Of a DNA stretch of 31,255 nucleotides, positions 17,500 through 25,250 are shown piece after piece. The stretch is from Candidatus Kapaibacterium sp. (GTDB lineage Bacteria > Bacteroidota > Ignavibacteria > Kapaibacteriales > UBA2268), in assembly GCA_038218865.1 (NCBI GenBank), contig JBBRJR010000001.1, forward strand, positions 1-31,255, in the 5' to 3' direction. Position 1 is the stretch's first letter, and the number at the start of each line of letters is the position of its first letter. The position numbers and the translations under genes are program-made. The notes beneath the pieces are model-generated. The model ran no database searches, was not told the DNA's origin, and saw only the letters and a list, made by a program, of their open reading frames with translations.

Positions 17500-19587
17500 T
17501 TATTTATTTTTTTTAAAAAGAGGCACAGTAAACGAAAATGTAGTGCCTTCGTCCGGTTTACTTTCGACGCTAATAGTGCCGCCATTTCTGTCTACAAATT
17601 CTTTTGATATCAAAAGCCCTAAGCCTGTGCCCTCTTCGTCGTTAGTTCCGCGAGTCGAGCGGTTATTGTCAATTTTGAATAATTTTTCTACCATTTCCTC
17701 GCTCATACCGACGCCATTGTCCTTTATGCTTATTCTCGCAAAATCGGTTTCAACTTTCGTAAAAACATTTATCTCTCCACCTTGCCGAGTGAACTTTATT
17801 GCATTTGTAAGGAAATTCCTGAGAACAGTATTGAGCATATTTGGATCTGCATAGAGCATTAAATTGCTATTTGCGTAATTTATGGTAATATCTTTTTTCT
17901 CGGTTTGAACCTCTAAAATCGCAATTTCTCCTGCGACAGCGACATCAAAATTAACCCTTTCTGGATTGAGGGCTAATTTGCCTGTTTGCGAGCGAGCCCA
18001 CGTAAGTAAATTCTCCAAAAGCTTGAGTAATTGCAGCGATGAAGTATTGACCGAGACTAAAAATTCTCTCTGTTCGGTTGGCGTAATCTCCATAGTATCA
18101 TCGATAAGTAATTCGCTTACTTGCTTTATCGAGCCAAGCGGGTTTTTTATGTCATGAGCAATAATAGAAAAGAAATTATCTTTCGTTTGGTTTAAATCCT
18201 GCAATTCATTATTCAGTGCTTCGAGTTGAATATTTTTTTCTTCTATTGTTTTATGACCTTTTTGACGAAAATAAAAAGCAATAATGAATCCTAATAAAAT
18301 AATTGCGAGCAAAAAAGCAATGACAATATAAATTAATGATTGAAATTCTCTTTGTTTTAATTTTATATTGCTCAATTCATTGTCTTTTTTCAAAAGTAAT
18401 ATTTCTTTCTCTTTACTTTCTACATCATAGAAAGACAGAAGATTACCGATCTGGTCATACTTTTTAATGTTTATTATGCTGTCTTTCAATAAAATATATT
18501 TTTGGCTGAAATAATATGCCGCTTTATAATTATTCTTCTCTGCATAGAGCTTAGATTGTATATAGTAGGTGGTTGTCAAAAGCGGCAAAAGCTGGTGTTC
18601 CGAATATATTTTTTCTGCTTCTTGAAACAATTCAGATGACTTGTCATAATTACCGAGCCGGAATTCAATTTCGGCAATTGTGTTAAAAATACTTGTGGAG
18701 CTGTCCTTTGTTTTTGTAGAGTAGAAAAGAGCTTCGTAAGCTATTGTTTTTGCAAGTTTATAATCTTTTCTTTCGATGTATATATTAGCTAAATTTATAA
18801 GCGTATTAGACAAGTATTTATAATGCGGATATTCTTCAAAAAGCTTTTGTGCTTTTTTGTAATAGATTTCTGCTTCCTTATCATTTTCATAAGAATTATA
18901 AACCATTGCCATATTGCTGTAAGCCGCACCTATCCGATCCTTTCGCCCGAGGACAAGCCCAATTTCTAAAGCCTGTTTGAATAATTCCATGGCTTTACCG
19001 TAGTATTGCAAGTAATACTGATTTAAAGCGAAATCGTTGATAGCAACAGAGTGTACATTTAAAAATCGCTTTTGGTCTTCGCTTAACTTTCCTTTTAGTT
19101 TTCTATAGGCTTTGAGTGAATCGGATATATCTTTTTTGCTGAAATAACTTAAAGCTTTCGTAAAATATTGTATCGCTTTATCGTATTTGCCCAATTCATT
19201 GTAAACATTCCCCATTTGCGATTGGGCGAATACAGCACCCGGGTAATACTTTATCTTTTCAAATAAATCACTTGACAATTGAAAGGAATCAAGCGCTTTT
19301 TGGTATAAGGACTTATTAATGTTAATAGCCGCTATATTGGCTATACTCTTGGCAATCAGCATTGTATCGTTCAGCTCGTGGGATTCTTTCAAAGCCTCGC
19401 GATAGTATTTCATTGATAAATCAATATCTATCGTGAAATAAACTGAAGCAAGCGTTTGTATCGTTTCGATTTGCTGCGATCCAGTTTGTCTCGAAATAGC
19501 AGCTTTCAAACTGTCTTCCTTATTTGGATAGACTGGTGAAAATGGAGTTAACGTAAGGATAACTACAAGAATAAGGCTTAATTTCAT
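17500..19587 (-). CDS. Membrane sensor histidine kinase with periplasmic TPR region
   Basis: N-terminal signal/TM, TPR-like helices (SQMGNVYNELGKYDKAIQYF, AYSNMAMVYNS), TM SLIYIVIAFLLAIILLGFIIAFYF, H-box IIAHDIKNPL, N-box RNFLTNAIKFT, G1 KDNGVGM, G2 GTGLGL. Confidence 0.93.
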   Translation of the reverse strand: MKLSLILVVILTLTPFSPVYPNKEDSLKAAISRQTGSQQIETIQTLASVYFTIDIDLSMKYYREALKESHELNDTMLIAKSIANIAAININKSLYQKALDSFQLSSDLFEKIKYYPGAVFAQSQMGNVYNELGKYDKAIQYFTKALSYFSKKDISDSLKAYRKLKGKLSEDQKRFLNVHSVAINDFALNQYYLQYYGKAMELFKQALEIGLVLGRKDRIGAAYSNMAMVYNSYENDKEAEIYYKKAQKLFEEYPHYKYLSNTLINLANIYIERKDYKLAKTIAYEALFYSTKTKDSSTSIFNTIAEIEFRLGNYDKSSELFQEAEKIYSEHQLLPLLTTTYYIQSKLYAEKNNYKAAYYFSQKYILLKDSIINIKKYDQIGNLLSFYDVESKEKEILLLKKDNELSNIKLKQREFQSLIYIVIAFLLAIILLGFIIAFYFRQKGHKTIEEKNIQLEALNNELQDLNQTKDNFFSIIAHDIKNPLGSIKQVSELLIDDTMEITPTEQREFLVSVNTSSLQLLKLLENLLTWARSQTGKLALNPERVNFDVAVAGEIAILEVQTEKKDITINYANSNLMLYADPNMLNTVLRNFLTNAIKFTRQGGEINVFTKVETDFARISIKDNGVGMSEEMVEKLFKIDNNRSTRGTNDEEGTGLGLLISKEFVDRNGGTISVESKPDEGTTFSFTVPLFKKNK

Positions 19588-19809
19588 ATAAAATATATGT
19601 TTATTATAAAAGTTATTTATAGACGAACTTAAATCAATTTCGTATAAATTAATATATCCTAATATTGTTTACTTAGTTGATATATAAATAAATATCTCCG
19701 GAAATTGCACTTGTTCCATGTTTCCAATGTACATCAATATTTTGCTATTTTTTTATGTTCATTTATTAATGATTTATTCATAGTATTGAATTAATCATAA
19801 TATATTGTT

Positions 19810-19843
19810 TTTGACGTCTTTTAATTATAAAATGTTAAATTTG
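19810..19843 (+). promoter_or_regulatory. Possible Bacteroidota-type promoter for the yhdH-like gene
   Basis: TTTG 19810-19813 and TAAATTTG 19836-19843. The 22-bp spacer is slightly long and the context is AT-rich. Confidence 0.3.
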
Positions 19844-19870
19844 AAATAATATAGGTAAATTAGAAAAATT

Positions 19871-20869
19871 ATGAATAAGAACTTCAAAGCATTTGTAACA
19901 ACAGTAAGCCCCGACGGCACAGTAATAAAAGAAATAACTACCCGAGAAGCTGAAATTGTAAACACCGGAGAAGTGATAATTAAAGTAAAATATTCTTCGC
20001 TTAACTTTAAGGACACGCTTTCGGCGAATGGCAATCGCGGCATTACGCGAAATTACCCACACACTCCCGGTATCGATGCCGCCGGCGAAATTGCAGAATC
20101 CGCAGACGCCCGCTTTAAAGTAGGCGACAGAGTACTCGTAACCGGATACGACATGGGCATGAATACAAATGGCGGCTTTGCAGAGTATATCAAAGTGCCT
20201 GCTGATTGGGTAGTTGCCCTTCCTAATGATGTCTCTTTCCGCGAGGCTATGATATACGGCACTGCTGGCTTTACTGCGGCTAATGCCGTCTTGGAATTCG
20301 AAGAATACGGCATAACTCCTGATAAGGGGGCAGTTCTCGTAAACGGAGCAACAGGCGGCGTGGGCTCGATAGCTATATCAATCTTGGCTAAATTAGGGTA
20401 TAAAGTCATCGCCGCGAGTGGAAAGACGGAAAAATATGATGATTTAAAAGCTATGGGAGCAGCCGATATTATCGGACGCGAGGAACTCTCGGACACAAGC
20501 CCCAAGCCACTCTTGAAAAAAAGATGGATAGCTGCATTGGACAACGTCGGCGGAAATACTCTTTCTACTATATTACGCTCTACCGAAGATTACGGCATAG
20601 TCTGTAATTGCGGTATGGTTGAGTCTTCCTCGCTCGAAGTCTCGGTATTCCCGTTTATATTGCGTGGCGTCAGGCTCGTCGGCATTGCTTCGGCTGAAAC
20701 AACAATGAAAAAGCGGCTTGCCATTTGGGAAAATATATTTGGATCTTACAGGCTCGCCTCTTATGGTTTCCCAATAAACGAAGTATCACTTGAAGAACTT
20801 CCGAAAGAAATTGATTTAATGAGCCGCGGTGGTCAATTCGGCAGGGTGATTATAAATTTGGAAAAATAA
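19871..20869 (+). CDS. YhdH/YhfP (AcuI-like) NADPH quinone oxidoreductase / acryloyl-CoA reductase
   Basis: YSSLNFKD, YPHTPGIDAAG, GGFAEYIKVPADWVVALP, GTAGFTAA, GATGGVGS, FPFILRGVRLVGI. Confidence 0.92.
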   Translation: MNKNFKAFVTTVSPDGTVIKEITTREAEIVNTGEVIIKVKYSSLNFKDTLSANGNRGITRNYPHTPGIDAAGEIAESADARFKVGDRVLVTGYDMGMNTNGGFAEYIKVPADWVVALPNDVSFREAMIYGTAGFTAANAVLEFEEYGITPDKGAVLVNGATGGVGSIAISILAKLGYKVIAASGKTEKYDDLKAMGAADIIGREELSDTSPKPLLKKRWIAALDNVGGNTLSTILRSTEDYGIVCNCGMVESSSLEVSVFPFILRGVRLVGIASAETTMKKRLAIWENIFGSYRLASYGFPINEVSLEELPKEIDLMSRGGQFGRVIINLEK

Positions 20870-20882
20870 CTTGTTTATATAT

Positions 20883-20924
20883 AAAAAAAAGTGGTTTGCC
20901 GTTCAAAGCAAACCACTTTTTTTT
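20883..20924. terminator. Bidirectional rho-independent terminator
   Basis: A8-GTGGTTTGC-cgttcaaa-GCAAACCAC-T8 between the convergent yhdH-like and T9SS protein genes. Confidence 0.9.
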
Positions 20925-20947
20925 AATCATTTGTTGTTGCACAAAGA

Positions 20948-23698
20948 TTATTTTACGATAGCAACTGGCAAAGTAGTTGTATTACTACCAATTTTGGCTA
21001 TTACGTAATACGAACCGCTTGGCAAGTATGAGCCGTCAAATTGGAAGGTGTGCTCGCCCGGAGCTACAGCACCGTTTACAATTAATGCCGCTTGCTTACC
21101 GGAGGCATCAACCAAGCTGATATTCACATCTTGATTTGTATAACCGGGTATGAAGCATTTGATATTTGTATTGGAAATAAACGGATTAGGACCAACGCTC
21201 AGCGAAGAATTAATCTGATTATCCAAAATGCCTGTAGCCGTAGCAGTACCAGTAAGGTCAACTTCTGAGCTAAAATGATCAGGATCATTTGTTACAAAGG
21301 TGAATTTGCCGGTGAAATCGCCTACTGCCAAGGGGTAAAATCTTAAAATAAAATTAAAGCTTGCTGCTGGTGGAATATCTGATGGTGGCAAACTGATAAG
21401 TTTGAAGGTTTCACCAGGATTGTCATTGGAGACAGAAAGTTCACTAATTACCAACGGTGCGATACCTGTATTGGTTATTTTAACTTCTCTGTCAGCAAAT
21501 TTATTTTCTTCTAAATCATTGAAATTAATTAAAGTAACGTCTAATTTCAAACGTGGTCCAGTAGCTACCGAAGCAATACCGCTACCTTTTAAAGCAACTT
21601 TTTCTTGTTTATAAACAGGATCGTTATTGAAAATAATAATTTCCGACAATGAATATGATTTCTCTAATGTAGGAGAGAATCTAACAGTTATAGTAGAAGT
21701 TCCATCAGGAGCAATCACTGCGTCAGCTTCTTTAACAACTTCAAAAACGCCGTCAGGATCATTGTTTATTTCTAATTTAGAAATTTTAAGATCTGCATTA
21801 CCAGTATTATAAACCTCAAAAGTTAAATCTTTTGATTTGCCAATTTCTACTTGTGCAAATTCCAAAGTACTGGTTTCTACGTTTATTTCAGCATCAAATA
21901 CTTCTGGCTCGCCTACAAACCAACGCATAGCATTTTTCACAAATGTAGTTTTCATGTATTGATCCGATGTAACTTCGAGCGGGAAGCCCAAAACGACTAA
22001 TTTAGCGCCGTTTGCTTTCTCTACGCGAATAGCAGCAGTTTCATTGAAATTACCATCATAGATACCAATTTGTTTAGCAGCACTGGCGCCAGGAATTGTG
22101 AAAAAGTCCGAATATGGTGTCCAAAGTTGATTTGAAGAGTTAAATTTCGCAACAAATTGTCCCGTTATAGTGTCTTTGTCAATTCCATTTACGTTAAAAG
22201 GATGAATTGTAATCGTGCTACCACTTGTTGTTGACCAAGTTTTGGCACCACCAAAAGAAACTTCTGCTTCATTATTATAAAAATCAGTATAAGCTGTTTT
22301 CAACTCAACTGGAGTTTGAGACAAACTCATTAAATTAGCAGACACGTCGGAAGAAACAAAAACGTTTTTGCCTTTAGCTAACATTGATTTCATATAATTA
22401 ATATGTGCTGGTTGCATATATGTAATGCCGTTTTGCGTGGACGTAAATGAGAAAAATGCTACGTCGAAATCATCTGCTGTATAGGCTGTGGCAACTGCAG
22501 CAGTAAAAGGAATGACGGCTGAATTTTCATAATAAATCGTACCCGTCAGCGCTGCTTGTGAATACATCGTTCCCAAACCTGTGCCTGTGTAGAAAAAGGC
22601 ATATTTTACTGCTTCTGATAAGTAATACATAGGAAATGTAGCTGAAACAGGCAATACACCCGGTACGTCCATCGGTATAGCTGTTACGTTAACTGTTCCA
22701 AAAGCAGACGTCTCGCCAGCAGTAACAGTAAGATTAACATTGATTGAACCTCCAGCAGGGACATTAGCTTCTGTTTTATCGATGTAAGCGGACCAATCAT
22801 CCGGCAATGTGGATACATCCACACCAATCAAAGCTTTCATTTTAAATGAATTTGGGTTGGTAATCGTTACGACGCGAGAAAGTTCTTCTGTGCCGATTTT
22901 ATTTGCTTGCGATGTCGAAGAAATTGTGAATTTCGCTTCAGCCATGTTTTCTATACCTGTTAAGTCAGGAATAATTGAATTGCCGGCTTGCAAAATTTCA
23001 GGTGTGCTTGCATTTTGAACCCAAGCTACTACGAACAACATCGTAGGATTCCAATTTGCATTGTCATCAAAGCTAAATGAGAAATTCTTTGTTTCGTTTG
23101 CATTGACATTGAATGTTTGGCCAGATGACGGTGTCAAAAATTTGCGAGCTATGAAATAAAATTCTTTCTCGCCATTGTTGCCTGCTTGTGCATAATGATG
23201 AAAAGCTTCGACAACTAATACTCTTAAATTTGTACCCAAATATTTTGCCGAAGAATTAACGCTTATGTCAGCATAATTTTGTATACCATTTTTGGTTTTA
23301 TCAATTGTAATAGTCAAAGGCGAGGTTGTTCCGGCGATTTGATTGACAATTTGTTCGTAGCCGGATAGAGGAATAGGATTACCTTTGTAAGCATTGCCAT
23401 TTACTACCAAATGCGGAACTCCAGTAACTGCATATTTGGTAACCATATCGGAAGCAACTGTAGGATTTTGTCCGTTCATAACGTCTGAGCCAGGCCAGTT
23501 TACGTGGTATGATATTGGTACTATCTTATCCAAATTGGATTTGACATAAGGGTAATATGTCGGTGCCGAAGAAGCGCAAGGAGGACAACTTGCATTTGTA
23601 AAATGCTCGAAAAGTGCTTTGCGTGGCGAATCGGCTTGCGATGTGCCTATCATAGCAAATATTGCAAGCAACATTGCTAATGAGAATAAACGTTTCAT
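20948..23698 (-). CDS. T9SS-secreted protein: Omp28-like thioredoxin-fold domain (CPPC), two choice-of-anchor-D/ASH-like Ig domains, T9SS type A C-terminal domain
   Basis: Signal peptide; FEHFTNASCPPC and TGVPHLVVNG; two repeats of the F..v.....l.v.NtG...L.Is.l Ig pattern; C-terminus SVGPNPF...LVDASGKQ...LPSGSYYV...VAIVK typical of a T9SS CTD. Confidence 0.82.
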   Translation of the reverse strand: MKRLFSLAMLLAIFAMIGTSQADSPRKALFEHFTNASCPPCASSAPTYYPYVKSNLDKIVPISYHVNWPGSDVMNGQNPTVASDMVTKYAVTGVPHLVVNGNAYKGNPIPLSGYEQIVNQIAGTTSPLTITIDKTKNGIQNYADISVNSSAKYLGTNLRVLVVEAFHHYAQAGNNGEKEFYFIARKFLTPSSGQTFNVNANETKNFSFSFDDNANWNPTMLFVVAWVQNASTPEILQAGNSIIPDLTGIENMAEAKFTISSTSQANKIGTEELSRVVTITNPNSFKMKALIGVDVSTLPDDWSAYIDKTEANVPAGGSINVNLTVTAGETSAFGTVNVTAIPMDVPGVLPVSATFPMYYLSEAVKYAFFYTGTGLGTMYSQAALTGTIYYENSAVIPFTAAVATAYTADDFDVAFFSFTSTQNGITYMQPAHINYMKSMLAKGKNVFVSSDVSANLMSLSQTPVELKTAYTDFYNNEAEVSFGGAKTWSTTSGSTITIHPFNVNGIDKDTITGQFVAKFNSSNQLWTPYSDFFTIPGASAAKQIGIYDGNFNETAAIRVEKANGAKLVVLGFPLEVTSDQYMKTTFVKNAMRWFVGEPEVFDAEINVETSTLEFAQVEIGKSKDLTFEVYNTGNADLKISKLEINNDPDGVFEVVKEADAVIAPDGTSTITVRFSPTLEKSYSLSEIIIFNNDPVYKQEKVALKGSGIASVATGPRLKLDVTLINFNDLEENKFADREVKITNTGIAPLVISELSVSNDNPGETFKLISLPPSDIPPAASFNFILRFYPLAVGDFTGKFTFVTNDPDHFSSEVDLTGTATATGILDNQINSSLSVGPNPFISNTNIKCFIPGYTNQDVNISLVDASGKQAALIVNGAVAPGEHTFQFDGSYLPSGSYYVIAKIGSNTTTLPVAIVK

Positions 23699-23925
23699 TG
23701 TAAATCTCCAAATTTATAAATCAAAATATTTAATTCATATATGTATAATAACACTTATAAAGGCTGTTTGGTTACATTATATAATCTATTAATCTTTTCC
23801 ACATTAATAATAATTCTAAAAATCAATTATATAATTTACTAAAAAAAAAGTTTATATAAAAGAATATTTTACAATTTTACATATATATTAATTTTTAATA
23901 ATTTTCATTGGTAATATAAAGAGTT

Positions 23926-24690
23926 TCACCGTAGAAGATTTTCAAATTCCAATGGATAATAAATCTTTTCCAAAACTAATCCTTCGGGCGGAGCTATCCT
24001 TGATATAATCAAACGATTCGGGCGCACCAGCTTTTCTTTTACATCTTCGAATGTTCTTTTTTTCTGTGCCAAATCTAACATAGTGCCGACAATCGAACGC
24101 ACCATTCCGTAAACAAATCTGTTTGCTTTTATGTGAAAAATAAATAATCCATCGCTACGCTTTTCCCAACGGCTTTCTTCTACCGTGCATTTATAATTAT
24201 GCGTATCCGGATTGTACTTCGAAAAAGCTGAATAATCATGCTCGCCAACGAAAAGTTCGGCTGACTGGAAAAGTAAATCTTCACTAAATGGATATTTAAA
24301 GTAACTGGCGTACAGCCGAGAAAAAACAGATTGCCGAAGCGATAGTGAGTATGAATATTCCCGTGCCACAGCGCTGAAGCGAGAATGAAACTCTGCCGGC
24401 ATTTCTCGAGCTTTCGTGATACATATATCTTTTGGTAGAATGGCGTTTAAGGCTATTATCAGTTTTTCAATTGGAATAGGGAAATCATCGGCGGCTGAAA
24501 AATTGGCTGTCTGCCCGCGTGCGTGAACGCCGGCATCAGTGCGACCGGCTCCGATAATTCCAATTTTAATGCCTGTTAATTTATATAGCGATGTTTCAAT
24601 TGTTCCTTGTATAGTTATCTGGTTCGGCTGGATTTGCCAACCCGAATAACGCGTACCATCGTATTCAATCAACATCGCAATATTTTTCAT
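23926..24690 (-). CDS. truA: tRNA pseudouridine(38-40) synthase
   Basis: IEYDGTRYSGWQIQP, GAGRTDAGVHARGQ, ANRFVYGMVRSIVG, APPEGLVL. Confidence 0.96.
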   Translation of the reverse strand: MKNIAMLIEYDGTRYSGWQIQPNQITIQGTIETSLYKLTGIKIGIIGAGRTDAGVHARGQTANFSAADDFPIPIEKLIIALNAILPKDICITKAREMPAEFHSRFSAVAREYSYSLSLRQSVFSRLYASYFKYPFSEDLLFQSAELFVGEHDYSAFSKYNPDTHNYKCTVEESRWEKRSDGLFIFHIKANRFVYGMVRSIVGTMLDLAQKKRTFEDVKEKLVRPNRLIISRIAPPEGLVLEKIYYPLEFENLLR

Positions 24691-25247
24691 TCGCTACTGG
24701 GTTCAATCAATGAATATATTACCGGATAATTTCGCCCGATTTCAGCATAATCAAGACCATAGCCAACTACGAATGCTGGGGGGATTTCTACACCAACGTA
24801 ATCAATTTTCATATCGCTTTTCATTGTATCGGGCTTCAAGAGAAAAGTTGCTATTTTTATCGAACGAGGATTGTAACGAGAAAGCTCGCGAATTAATTGC
24901 GAAACGGTGAGACCTGTATCAACAATATCTTCGATTATTATAACATCTTTGTCCTCTATACTTCCAGACATTTGTGTAACGAGGACATTTCCCGTAGAAA
25001 CCATGCCGCCGCCGTAGCTTTTAGCGCGAATAGACTCGACAAAGCAATCTAAATCTATTTTCTTTAATAAATCAACCGCAAAAAACACAGCGCCCTTGAG
25101 AGTAATAACGAAAACAGGACAAGTGCCTTTGTAGTCGCGATTGATTTCTGTGGCAACTCTTTCTACCGCTTGCTCGATTTGATTAGCATCCAAAAGCACA
25201 CCAAACGTTTTGCCGTGGATTGTTACTTGTTCAGGGTAATTATACAT
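24687..25247 (-). CDS. hpt: Hypoxanthine phosphoribosyltransferase
   Basis: ITLKGAVFF, PRPP-binding IIIEDIVDTGLT, FVVGYGLDYAE. Stop overlaps the truA start (ATGA). Confidence 0.95.
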   Translation of the reverse strand: MYNYPEQVTIHGKTFGVLLDANQIEQAVERVATEINRDYKGTCPVFVITLKGAVFFAVDLLKKIDLDCFVESIRAKSYGGGMVSTGNVLVTQMSGSIEDKDVIIIEDIVDTGLTVSQLIRELSRYNPRSIKIATFLLKPDTMKSDMKIDYVGVEIPPAFVVGYGLDYAEIGRNYPVIYSLIEPSSE

Positions 25248-25250
25248 ATA

